Below are positions 29,791 to 38,330 of a stretch of 64,000 bases of DNA, piece after piece; the first letter of the stretch is position 1; each line of letters begins with the position of its first letter. The DNA is taken from the IMG/VR virus record IMGVR_UViG_3300042351_000809; one strand, given 5' to 3'. The notes under the pieces are model-generated. The model did no database searches and was not told the origin of the DNA. It worked only from the letters and a program-made list of their open reading frames with translations. The DNA comes from a virus. A program made the position numbers and the translations under genes.

Positions 29791-30444
29791 TCATATCCAA
29801 AGAGCGTCGTAATATTTAGCAAAAAGAATAAGGCCGTTTTCTTTTCTTGCATACATTTCATTGCTTTTCTTCATGTACTCATCCCAGCCATCTTTTTCTT
29901 CTACGGTTTTTTCAGAACTGCCTCTAACGACACCTTTCTTTGGCATAAGTACTTCTGGGAATTCACACATCTCATCGCCTCTGATAGTATATTCAAAAGC
30001 AAATATCATTTCATCTAAAGCGTGATTCCATTCTTTTATAGCCGCCTTTTCTGCGTAGTCAGCCTCTTCGCCTTTTAGAAGGTGATAATTATTAGGTAAA
30101 AAACAAGTAGGGATTCCAGTCTTGCCTTTGCTCTTAAAGTATTTAAGTCTAGGAAGGATAAACTCTGCAATACTATGCCCCAAAGAAAATACATCATCAT
30201 CAGAAACTCCATATCGAATCTTCTGATAAGTGCATTTTACTTTCCATCTAATTTCGCTAGGCCAGTTCCTGCATCTCCACCCCAATCTGAACGGGATAAG
30301 ATCTAGCAAGAAATCTATATACTTATTGTAAACATATCCGTCGTCAGAGAACATCTGCTCCAAGACCTTTTCGTTTTCTTCCTCAATCTTTTTATGTTCA
30401 GCGATCTGTTCTGGAGACCTGAATTCAAATTCTAATTGATTCAT
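29791..30444 (-). CDS. Conserved phage hypothetical protein
   Basis: I.PRLK.F...W...LDEMIFAFE...GL.LF.KYY..LW pattern. Confidence 0.65.
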   Translation of the reverse strand: MNQLEFEFRSPEQIAEHKKIEEENEKVLEQMFSDDGYVYNKYIDFLLDLIPFRLGWRCRNWPSEIRWKVKCTYQKIRYGVSDDDVFSLGHSIAEFILPRLKYFKSKGKTGIPTCFLPNNYHLLKGEEADYAEKAAIKEWNHALDEMIFAFEYTIRGDEMCEFPEVLMPKKGVVRGSSEKTVEEKDGWDEYMKKSNEMYARKENGLILFAKYYDALWI

Positions 30445-30814
30445 TGTAATTGTCTATGTATTTTTTAATGTTTTCTGCACCCACGGGATTCATTGAGTGG
30501 ACTTCGTATTCTGGGTGAGGTACGCTTTGATCTTGACAAACCTCAACCAAATACTTAGCACAATCGTAGCCAGTCTTTTCTTTATATTTAGAGTAGTCAA
30601 TTTTATTAGTTTCTAGGATTGTTTTAAGATCACGGTAGTGTTGCGCTCCAAGATCATGATCATAGCAGATAAAAGAAGGAACGCCCTTTATCTTTATTAT
30701 ATCCCGAAACTGAAAAAAATCACGGGCAATTGTCCATTCATATTTTGGAATTTGTACCCATGTGACATCTTCTGGATATCTTATATCATCTAAAAATATG
30801 TAATAGTTTTTCAC
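30425..30814 (-). CDS. Cyclic-phosphate-processing receiver-domain protein
   Basis: IFLDD.R.P, YDHDLG, TGYDCAKYL, VHSMNPVG. Confidence 0.8.
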   Translation of the reverse strand: MKNYYIFLDDIRYPEDVTWVQIPKYEWTIARDFFQFRDIIKIKGVPSFICYDHDLGAQHYRDLKTILETNKIDYSKYKEKTGYDCAKYLVEVCQDQSVPHPEYEVHSMNPVGAENIKKYIDNYNESIRI

Positions 30815-30841
30815 TTAAAATGGAGCCTATAGAAAGATTCG

Positions 30842-30913
30842 AGCCAAAAACTGGATTTGAACCAGCAACCTCCGCTTTACAAAAGCGATGCTCTACCGTT
30901 GAGCTATTTTGGC
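30842..30913 (-). tRNA. tRNA-Thr(TGT)
   Basis: GCCAAAA/TTTTGGC acceptor, GCTC-AACGGTA-GAGC D-arm, TTTGTAA anticodon loop, GCTGG-TTCAAAT-CCAGT T-arm. Confidence 0.92.
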
Positions 30914-30919
30914 GGCGAA

Positions 30920-31831
30920 TTAATTACTAATTGACTTAGCAAACTCTTTGAGTTTAAAGATTGCCAAATCCTTACTCTTCAATTCTATGTCAAAGTCTAC
31001 ATTCTGTCCAAAGTTTTTTGGATGATTAAGTGGCATATCTGCGTGTTTGCGAGAACCATCTATACCTTCAGAATAATGGAACAGGGGTTTAGTAGGCCAA
31101 GTGCGATAAGCGTCATTGAAAGCCTCTTCATCAGATTGATCGCCGTGCAGCAAAGACTGGTGCAAGGAGTCGAATGTAATAGGAATCCCATGTCGCTCAT
31201 AAAAGTACTTTATAAGATTCTTGATTGACCAAGTGCCGTTCTTGTTGTCATTGACCTCAAGCACCAATCTATCTTTTACACTAGGATTGAGACGATTGTA
31301 AACTGAAATAAACTTCTGAGAAAGTTCTTCTGGGTCGCCATCTTGTCTAATATGAATATTGAGAGGAGAGCGGTAATCTTTTGGGCAGTCAAACAGATCA
31401 AACAAGAGAGCGTGTTCATTTAGATCTCTGATTGAGTTGTTAATGACTTCTTCTTTCTGACTGGTGAAGCTTACAAACTCTGGGGGGTGAGCGGAGATTC
31501 TGATGCCCGATGTCTTGATCTGATTTTTAATCTTGTCAATAATAGAAAAAATCTCTTCCGCATCGTTAAGTTCAGTGAGATCAAAATTAAGATCAGGATG
31601 ACTAAGAAGAGGAGTAATTTCGCTAGAAAGTCGATAAGCTCCGATTTGATTTTCATTGCAATGAGTTATCGTTTTGAGAGTGATGTTGAAATTATTGAGG
31701 ATTCTCTTGGAGAGAACCTTCATGCCTTCTTCTCTGCCAAGGGTTTTGAATCTGGTGTACGTCAGGGTTTGAAATTTCTCGCCCTTTTCGGACAAAACAA
31801 GGGAAATGCAGCAAAGTCCATAATTTATCAC
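30920..31831 (-). CDS. uvsE: UV-damage endonuclease
   Basis: GLCCIS, YRLSS, RISAHP..F, NIH, RLVLE.ND, PITFD..H, FHYSE, HAD, ELKSKD. Confidence 0.92.
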   Translation of the reverse strand: MINYGLCCISLVLSEKGEKFQTLTYTRFKTLGREEGMKVLSKRILNNFNITLKTITHCNENQIGAYRLSSEITPLLSHPDLNFDLTELNDAEEIFSIIDKIKNQIKTSGIRISAHPPEFVSFTSQKEEVINNSIRDLNEHALLFDLFDCPKDYRSPLNIHIRQDGDPEELSQKFISVYNRLNPSVKDRLVLEVNDNKNGTWSIKNLIKYFYERHGIPITFDSLHQSLLHGDQSDEEAFNDAYRTWPTKPLFHYSEGIDGSRKHADMPLNHPKNFGQNVDFDIELKSKDLAIFKLKEFAKSISN

Positions 31832-32091
31832 GCCCCCATCCTAGCGGCTCGCAAGAGGAAAGCAAGGTCAAAATTCGAAATCTTCTTCTTCCATGCGCTT
31901 GATCAAGTTGTCGATTCGGGCAACCTCTGCCCCAGCCTTGTTCTTCAAACAGATAAGATTATTTAAATGAAGAAGAGTTTCTTTATCATCTTTTGCTTCA
32001 TCAAGAAGTTTCATCGTCGCTGCGATTTCCTTCTTTAACCAAACAGAAGTTTTCTTAATCATAAGGCACTGATTTTTTGCTTCTCTTTCAG

Positions 32092-32544
32092 TCATTTTTC
32101 AGCCTTTATCTCTTCTAGGATAGCAAGCAGATCATTATCATAATTACTAATCCAACCACTATTAAATCCAGCTTGATCTTTGCAAAGAGTTTTAATCCAA
32201 CCTTTTGAATTGATTCCTACAGTTTCGTTAAAAACTCCACTCTCCTCGCAAATGAAACAGCTTAAAGATTCTGCCGCAGATACATGATTAAAAATTTCTT
32301 CGTTGTCAGTTCCAGTGTGGTAAACTCTAAGAGATCCAAATTTTTCTTTAACTTGCAGAACGATGAAAGAATCTTTTTCCTCTGGCGGCTTGTCTTTGTT
32401 TATGTAATTGAGAGAGTTTTCAACTCGCAAAAACATCCAATTTAAGATAAAAAACCACCCATCAGAGCAATCAAATGAAAGTCCTTTAGAGTCAAAGAAC
32501 GAGGAGAAACGATTGCAAAGATAATTTTCTAGTTTTGCGTTCAT
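32092..32544 (-). CDS. Conserved phage hypothetical protein
   Basis: C.DGW...QVKEKFGSLR.Y...CE..G...GWI.TLC. Confidence 0.65.
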   Translation of the reverse strand: MNAKLENYLCNRFSSFFDSKGLSFDCSDGWFFILNWMFLRVENSLNYINKDKPPEEKDSFIVLQVKEKFGSLRVYHTGTDNEEIFNHVSAAESLSCFICEESGVFNETVGINSKGWIKTLCKDQAGFNSGWISNYDNDLLAILEEIKAEK

Positions 32545-32836
32545 ACCTTTTCAGATAAGTCTTCGATTACAGTATTTGATGTATCCCATTTAAGATACTT
32601 AGCTAAACCCATTATATCAAATAATTCATCTTTTGCCCAAAGAATTTCTTTGTATGCACCAAGGTTAGACTCTCTTTCGCTTATAGATCCCATTGCAGCA
32701 CAAGAAGAATAATTGTAAGCGAAGTCAACAGAGAAATATTCGTTCTCTGTTTCTCCCTTCCATATCTCAACTAAAAGTTCTAAATCAGTATTAAAAAATT
32801 TCTCCATCAAAGTCAGGCGGCTAATTTTTAATTGCC

Positions 32837-33502
32837 TCATGTACTTAGAAGGATTTTCTTTTCGTGCTTCACTATTACTTGTGGATGTATCCATACTTTA
32901 TGACCTTTTTCTTTAGCTTTGAGGCAGAAGCCTACGTCTTCCATGCAGAAGTCGTGAGCGTTGCCAATATTAAAAAAGATCGGCTGGAACCAAGGATAAT
33001 CCAAACTCTCAAAAACGCCTTTCTTAATTAAGATAAAACCAAATCCAGTGTAGTCAGCTACAAAGGGTTCCGTTTTACCCACTACATCTTCTCTCTGAAC
33101 GAACTTAAAGTAACCATTTTTTTCAAAAAACTTTTCGTCCCAATCGACCACAGTGGCAAATTGATTTGGCTCTCTTGAACCATTAGTCATTAAGTATAAA
33201 CCAGAAGCAATATCCTTCTCCATTTGAAGAAGTCTAATAAAGTCTTGAGGTTTGAAGACAATATCAGAATCTATCCAAAGTATATAATCATAATCAAAAG
33301 AACCTCCCCAAGGTTTTTGGCTCTTGCCAGCTTGGACATTGCCGCCAAGGCACATATTTCTTACATAGTAAATATTACAAGATTCCTTTCTTGAAAGAAA
33401 TACCTTGATGTTGTTGTGAAGACACCAATGATAAAATTCTAGAAAAGAATCAAAAAAAGACCCGGAAAAGTTATTTCCGGGGATGCAAATAACTAACTTC
33501 AT
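32837..33502 (-). CDS. GT-A fold glycosyltransferase-like protein
   Basis: R N...DYILWIDSD, GFGFILIK..VFE...PWF, EDVGFC. Confidence 0.75.
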   Translation of the reverse strand: MKLVICIPGNNFSGSFFDSFLEFYHWCLHNNIKVFLSRKESCNIYYVRNMCLGGNVQAGKSQKPWGGSFDYDYILWIDSDIVFKPQDFIRLLQMEKDIASGLYLMTNGSREPNQFATVVDWDEKFFEKNGYFKFVQREDVVGKTEPFVADYTGFGFILIKKGVFESLDYPWFQPIFFNIGNAHDFCMEDVGFCLKAKEKGHKVWIHPQVIVKHEKKILLST

Positions 33503-33510
33503 AATAAGAA

Positions 33511-33657
33511 TTACTTCTTCGGCTTCTTCTTATCTTGATTCAGGCAAATCGCAACACGTTGCTTTGGATTTGGATATTCGTCCTTTGGAATGTCGGTCAT
33601 ACAACGTCCCATGAACTTTTTTGAGTCTTCACCTTTACGTTTATTTGGTACTGGCAT
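33511..33657 (-). CDS. 48-aa phage protein not in the ORF track (MPVPNKRKGEDSKKFMGRCMTDIPKDEYPNPKQRVAICLNQ...)
   Basis: Hand translation; matches the common phage pattern MP.P...GE....F..RCM....EYP...QR.A.C. Confidence 0.7.
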   Translation of the reverse strand: MPVPNKRKGEDSKKFMGRCMTDIPKDEYPNPKQRVAICLNQDKKKPKK

Positions 33658-34123
33658 ATTATTTAATTTTAATTTTTAACTGCAAATTTTTATTGGATTT
33701 TTCTTCGATGTAATTTTTAGCTGCTGCCTTTCCTTCTTTTGTATGAGGGAAAGCACCATAAGTGTAATTATTTTTCTTTGAAATTACAATATAAAATTTT
33801 TCACGTTTTAGTTTTGGCATTTTTTTCCTTTTCCTTTTTTTCTACCTTGTCGATCTTAATGAGAAGATCTTCGATTTTCTTTTCCTCTATTTTTTTACGA
33901 GCCAAAAAAGTACCAAGTTTATGACGAAGGCTCTCTAGTTCAGTTTCATTTTCTAAAGAGAAGTCTTCTTTTTCAAGATCATCTATTTTTTGAATAATTT
34001 TAGCAGTCTCTTTAATCCACCAATTAGTACTTTTCTGAAGTAAGAGAGCTTCTTCAAAAATTTGATTCTCTTCAATAGTCATATTCAGCTATATCTTATA
34101 TTACACATTTTATTTTATCGTGT

Positions 34124-34783
34124 TTATTTGGCTAACTCTGGCTCATTCTTGAACTCATAATACATAAGTTCCTCATCTCCAGCAGTCCACTTGTGAGCAA
34201 GACCTTCGCAAGAAAATTCGTGGCTAAAAGGTTTCCATGTTTTTGATTCTGCGGGTAATGAAGACCCAATGAATGCTCCTGAATCGCGCCAAATGATTCT
34301 ATTGTTTGGTTGAGCAAACATTTGACCTCCTTCTCCCCAAAATACATGAGCGCACTTATGTCCGCTTGAGATTTCAGAATACCCTAAATTATAATCTTCT
34401 CCATTACACCAATCAATTGTAAACGCATACTTAGCTGTATGCTTAGACTTATCTTTCATCAGCATATAGGCTGAAGCGTTTTTAAGATAATCGAATCTTT
34501 GGACTGAAAAATAATAACCGAAACAATCCCAAAGTTGAATCCAATGTAACTCAAAATTTGTTTGAGGCTCAGGAATTTTTGACAAGTAATGAATTGGAAC
34601 TCTAGCAAATTGCGCCCCGAATTCGCTCATTACGTTAAATAGCAAACACCTTCTGGAAATTGAAACTACTGAGAATATCTCTACAGGAATCCATTTTCCA
34701 CTTGTTCTTGGTAAAGAGTCATTAAGAAACGAAGTATCAAGGTATGCTGTTTGAGTTGGTATTGATGTAGTTAAATAAGCCAT
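34124..34783 (-). CDS. Conserved phage hypothetical protein (MAYL..SIP...QLWDCF.Y...FTIDW...HKCAH...AQPNNRI.W.D)
   Basis: Motif pattern recognised from aquatic phages; function unknown. Confidence 0.7.
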   Translation of the reverse strand: MAYLTTSIPTQTAYLDTSFLNDSLPRTSGKWIPVEIFSVVSISRRCLLFNVMSEFGAQFARVPIHYLSKIPEPQTNFELHWIQLWDCFGYYFSVQRFDYLKNASAYMLMKDKSKHTAKYAFTIDWCNGEDYNLGYSEISSGHKCAHVFWGEGGQMFAQPNNRIIWRDSGAFIGSSLPAESKTWKPFSHEFSCEGLAHKWTAGDEELMYYEFKNEPELAK

Positions 34784-34790
34784 AAAAATG

Positions 34791-34813
34791 AAAAACCCCG
34801 CACATAGGCGGGG
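34791..34813 (-). terminator. Intrinsic terminator after hsp20
   Basis: Minus strand CCCCGC-CTATGT-GCGGGG-TTTTT. Confidence 0.85.
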
Positions 34814-34819
34814 AGTAAC

Positions 34820-35137
34820 TTAAGTTACTTTTATTTTTTTCGGTTGATGTTCGCCCTTTAGGGGAATTGTCAGAGTAAGCAATCCGTTTTCAGCGGATGC
34901 TTTTAGTTGAGAAGAATCTGCGGCAGACGGAATCCACAAAGATGCTTCTGCCTTCTTCTTTCCATTAGAAGCTTTAACGGTAACAAGATCTCCTTCATTT
35001 TCAGTCTTGATCGTTACATCCAAGTTTTCTTTAGAAAAACCCGGAACTTCAATCTCAGTAGTATATTGATTACTAAGCTTGTCTAGAGTGAATAAGTTTT
35101 TATTATTTGTTGGAGTATTAGAATATATGTATATCAT
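34820..35137 (-). CDS. Small heat-shock protein (Hsp20 / alpha-crystallin)
   Basis: EVPGFSKENLDV, A..ENGLLTLTIP, PKKIKV. Confidence 0.85.
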   Translation of the reverse strand: MIYIYSNTPTNNKNLFTLDKLSNQYTTEIEVPGFSKENLDVTIKTENEGDLVTVKASNGKKKAEASLWIPSAADSSQLKASAENGLLTLTIPLKGEHQPKKIKVT

Positions 35138-35153
35138 AGACGATTATCTTCTA

Positions 35154-35169
35154 GCAAGAATTGTGCCAA
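35154..35169 (-). promoter_or_regulatory. Sigma54 (-24/-12) promoter for hsp20
   Basis: TTGGCACAATTCTTGC, an exact GG-N10-GC with the TGGCAC-N5-TTGC consensus. Confidence 0.85.
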
Positions 35170-35198
35170 CCTTAAAACCCGCTTTTTTACTGCTTATT

Positions 35199-35237
35199 TG
35201 AGACATTCTGAGACAAAATTGGCTGTCACAGTGACAG
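35199..35237. promoter_or_regulatory. Putative enhancer-binding-protein sites upstream of the sigma54 promoter
   Basis: TGAGACA direct repeats at 35199 and 35209 (10-nt period) and the palindrome CTGTCAC-A-GTGACAG at 35223-35237. Confidence 0.6.
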
Positions 35238-35239
35238 AG

Positions 35240-35725
35240 TTACACTCCTGTACTTCCAAATCCGCCCGTTCTTTCGGTTGTAGACAAAGATTCAACCTGC
35301 TGCCAATCAACAGCATGATACTTTTCAATAATTAATTGAGCAATTCGGTCTCCAGCTTTAATATTAAAATCAAAACTTGAACCAGCGATATTTGGAGTAA
35401 GTCCCATCATGCTTGCAAGATCGATGCTTAGATTCATCAAGACAACTTTAACTTCTCCACGATAGCTAGAGTCTACAACGCCAGCAAGGACATCAATACC
35501 ATTCTTAACTGCCAAGCCGCTGCGAGGAGCAATTCTAGCGTAGTAACCTTGAGGCACTTCAACCGAAAGCCCAGTGCTAACGAGAGCGCGACTCATAGGC
35601 TTAATTCTTACATTCTCGGTTGCGTAAAGATCGTAGCCAGCATCTCCAGTCTTTTGACGAGACGGGACAATTGCTAGATTGTTTAGTTTAACGAATTTAA
35701 CTGTGACTATTGTTTCTATATCCAT
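35240..35725 (-). CDS. dut: Trimeric dUTPase
   Basis: AGYDL, PRSGLA, GVVDSSYRGE, GDRIAQL, RTGGFGSTG. Confidence 0.97.
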   Translation of the reverse strand: MDIETIVTVKFVKLNNLAIVPSRQKTGDAGYDLYATENVRIKPMSRALVSTGLSVEVPQGYYARIAPRSGLAVKNGIDVLAGVVDSSYRGEVKVVLMNLSIDLASMMGLTPNIAGSSFDFNIKAGDRIAQLIIEKYHAVDWQQVESLSTTERTGGFGSTGV

Positions 35726-36174
35726 AATTGTAAATGAGATTTGATTTTAGAAAGGCTTTCAGGATTTAATTCCTTATAGTAAATTTTGTAATATTCAAAT
35801 ATTTCTTTGAACTTGTTACATTGATCGTATTCCTTAATATAAAATACTCTTTGAATTTCATGAGAAACTATATCCTTCGCGCAAGCGAAGCAAGGCGATA
35901 TCGTCAAACATATAGTATCTGCATCTCCTTTTCTTATCAAAGACAAGGCGTTGGTTTCTGCGTGGAGCATTATTTCGCGCTTCTTAGGGCGATTTTTCTC
36001 CTCCTTCATCCAATCTTTAACAGGGAAGCCTTTTTTAAGACCATTGTACCCTGTTGAAATTATTCTGCCTTCTTTATTTAAGATGCAAGCTCCAACCTTG
36101 GTGTGCGGATCTTCACTTCTAGACGAAGCAGCAAGAGCCATCATGCACCCGTACTCATGCCAAGAAAGTCTCAT
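35716..36174 (-). CDS. dCMP deaminase (start corrected to MRLSWHEYG)
   Basis: RSEDP.TKVGACI, TGYNG, HAETNAL, SPCFAC. Confidence 0.92.
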   Translation of the reverse strand: MRLSWHEYGCMMALAASSRSEDPHTKVGACILNKEGRIISTGYNGLKKGFPVKDWMKEEKNRPKKREIMLHAETNALSLIRKGDADTICLTISPCFACAKDIVSHEIQRVFYIKEYDQCNKFKEIFEYYKIYYKELNPESLSKIKSHLQLWI

Positions 36175-36181
36175 GGAAAGT

Positions 36182-36246
36182 ATTCTCGCTGGAGCAAAAC
36201 AAAAGATCAAGTTTATTTGGACCTTTTTCTGGCATTCTTGTATCAT
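36182..36246. promoter_or_regulatory. Back-to-back sigma70-type promoters at the strand switch (minus: TTGATC-17-GAGAAT; plus: TGGACC-17-TATCAT)
   Basis: Both have 17-nt spacers and end 5-7 nt before the ATGs at 36174 and 36252. Confidence 0.55.
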
Positions 36247-36251
36247 TGATT

Positions 36252-36671
36252 ATGACAATCGCTGACGCTTCAATTAAGTTATACCAATGGTATTTTAAAA
36301 ATGATAGTTTTTGTGAAAATGATTTTATAAAGATTCTTGAGATTTCTGAACAACCCGAATCTGAAAGAGCTTGCATTTTGTGCGCTCTTGAAGAATTTGA
36401 GAAAAATGGAGTCGTAAAGAAGGCTCTCTTTAATGAAAATAATTATTGGATTCTTTCTAAGAAGTTTGATGCCTATGAGCAGAATGTCATAATTTCTCCT
36501 AAAACTGCTTTCATAATCGCAGAAATTATTAATTCTTACTGCGCTTTAATTGAAAACGAATCTGAAAGATGCAACCCTGCTTCAGTCAGCGAGAAGGACA
36601 TCAAGAACCTTCTGGTCATCTTCAACGAGATGCGCGAAAAGATTTTTGACAAAACCAAAAACCCTGAATAG
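36252..36671 (+). CDS. Hypothetical protein, first gene of the plus-strand arm
   Basis: ORF starting at ATG 36252 just after a -10 box. Confidence 0.6.
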   Translation: MTIADASIKLYQWYFKNDSFCENDFIKILEISEQPESERACILCALEEFEKNGVVKKALFNENNYWILSKKFDAYEQNVIISPKTAFIIAEIINSYCALIENESERCNPASVSEKDIKNLLVIFNEMREKIFDKTKNPE

Positions 36672-36674
36672 GAT
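36646..36674 (+). promoter_or_regulatory. Sigma70-type promoter TTGACA-17-TAGGAT driving the putative ncRNA
   Basis: Perfect -35 at 36646-36651, -10 at 36669-36674; no ORF follows for ~450 nt. Confidence 0.75.
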
Positions 36675-36679
36675 GAGCT

Positions 36680-36912
36680 AGTTCTTTGTCTGGGTGAATA
36701 GCCTACTGGGGAGATCCCAGTTTGAACGCATCAGAGACATCAGGCCCGTAAAAAGACCCTAGTCAACTGGATCTAAGAAATCCAACGCCATTTCGGGAAA
36801 AGGCGACGTTCCGCAAGGAGAAGACTTTGAAAAAGCTGAAACCTCATTTTTCTCAAAAGAAAAAGCTGGCAGTTCGTCCTAAAATAAATCCCACCCGTGA
36901 AGACAAAGAACT
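36680..36912 (+). ncRNA. Putative structured non-coding RNA of unknown family (possibly extends to ~36975)
   Basis: Perfect 12-bp terminal helix AGTTCTTTGTCT(36680-91)/AGACAAAGAACT(36901-12), extended by GGGTG/CACCC; several internal hairpins including a GCAA tetraloop; the 5' end matches the predicted transcription start. Confidence 0.65.
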
Positions 36913-37126
36913 TAAACAAAGAGTTAGTCATTAGCTAGGCTTTCTTGAGAAGGCCGAAGACCTGCGAAACAGGCTGCGAAGGATTGAAATGGGTAGCTCT
37001 TGATTATTTTAAAACTCTATAATTATTTTTAGAGATGACAGCCTTTTCCTATTTTAACTCAAAGAAAAATCATAAAGCTGGCAGTTCTCTTTACAAACAC
37101 ATCTCTTCTAGATACTATGTTTTACT

Positions 37127-37759
37127 ATGTCTAACTTATTCCTAGGAATTGCTGGTGCTGCAACTGTAGGTAAGGATACTTACTATAGATTACTAAAGCA
37201 GATTTGCTCAGAAGAGTTTGGAGTGAATGTAATAAGATTTGCTCTTGCTGATTCGTTAAAGAGTGATTTGTATTCTTTGATCTTATATAAATACGGAGTT
37301 GACATTTTTAATTGCTCAACTGAGGATAAGAACAAGGTAAGGCATTTATTAGTAAGTCACGCTAGAGTAATGCGTCAAAATACTAAAGGCAGGTATTGGA
37401 TAGAAAAGCTTCAGTCTGAAATTGATGAGTACAAGAAATCTGAAAATTTTAAGCCTTCAGATATTTTTTGTGTAACAGATATTAGACACTTCGAATATTT
37501 AAAAGACGAAGTTGTTTGGATAAAGGAAGAAAATAAAGGAGTTTTAATTTATGTTGAAAAATATTTTTCAGACGGTTCAATTTGCAATCCTGCAAACGAT
37601 GACGAAAGCAGAAACGATCCCGCTCTTAGAGAACATTGCGATTATTTGCTTCGTTGGATGCATGGATCTGATGAACAAGCTTTGAAAATTTCCGTCAAAG
37701 AAAGTATTGACAACTTGATAAAACAAGGTAAGCTTTACGCACATGATAGACTCAACTGA
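37127..37759 (+). CDS. Deoxynucleoside monophosphate kinase-like P-loop protein
   Basis: GIAGAATVGKDT, ALADSLK, K...R.LL, YWI, VTDIRH...E; promoter TTTACA-17-TACTAT ends 8 nt upstream. Confidence 0.75.
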   Translation: MSNLFLGIAGAATVGKDTYYRLLKQICSEEFGVNVIRFALADSLKSDLYSLILYKYGVDIFNCSTEDKNKVRHLLVSHARVMRQNTKGRYWIEKLQSEIDEYKKSENFKPSDIFCVTDIRHFEYLKDEVVWIKEENKGVLIYVEKYFSDGSICNPANDDESRNDPALREHCDYLLRWMHGSDEQALKISVKESIDNLIKQGKLYAHDRLN

Positions 37760-38330
37760 CAATGAACTTGTAACGAAGGTAAAACTTCATCAATGCAACC
37801 AATCATTAAAGACTCTGATAGATAGGCATTCTCCTCTCTGTTTTGATATCTTTAAAAAATATAATAAGATTCTTCAAGAAAGAGGCGTAAGCCCAGAAGA
37901 TCTTGCTAATGAAAAAGATTACATTATTTACAAGTGTACTCTTAATTTTGATGAAACTCAAAATAGCAAATTCTCAACTTGGCTTGCTAACCACGTTAAA
38001 TACAAATGCTTAACAAACATTACTAAACATAAGTGGACGCTTTCCATAGATGATGAAAATCAAAAGAATCTTGTAGCAAATCTTAGTCAAGATACTAATG
38101 ATTTTGAAGAGAAGAAGGAGTACATTTTTAATCTCCTTTCTCAAATGAAAGATAAACGACTAGAGAAGATTATCATGTTGAGATACTATGGAGATAAGCC
38201 TTCTCGTAAGTGGAAAAATATTTCAAAAGAACTAGGCGTAACTTATCAGACAGCAATCACTTTACACAAAAAAGCTCTTGAGTTCTTGAAGACCAAAATA
38301 GAGAGTAAAGAAATGCAAGATTTCGTGTAA
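37743..38330 (+). CDS. Phage-encoded sigma70-family sigma factor
   Basis: D.ELV, L..RH..L, FD.....KFSTWL.N (region 2); II.LRY......W..I..ELGV.......LH.KAL..LK (region 4). Confidence 0.8.
   Translation: MIDSTDNELVTKVKLHQCNQSLKTLIDRHSPLCFDIFKKYNKILQERGVSPEDLANEKDYIIYKCTLNFDETQNSKFSTWLANHVKYKCLTNITKHKWTLSIDDENQKNLVANLSQDTNDFEEKKEYIFNLLSQMKDKRLEKIIMLRYYGDKPSRKWKNISKELGVTYQTAITLHKKALEFLKTKIESKEMQDFV

Noticed and set aside
33762-33767. Plus-strand GTGTAA instance
   Set aside because: It lies inside a small minus-strand ORF (33659-33820) and has no plus-strand gene downstream, so it was not counted as a promoter
36835-36882. Short frame AETSFFSKEKAGSSS* inside the ncRNA, as a possible tmRNA tag
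   Set aside because: No tRNA-like GGGG 5' end, T-arm or CCA, and the peptide lacks the hydrophobic Ala-Ala-type C-terminus
36945-36975. AGGCCGAAGACCTGC resembles the 3' B12-box of a cobalamin riboswitch, and nrdJ is B12-dependent
   Set aside because: The upstream core (GGGAA..GGTG..AA.TCC, CCCGCAACTGT, GCCACTG) is absent, and nrdJ lies over 3 kb away behind other promoters
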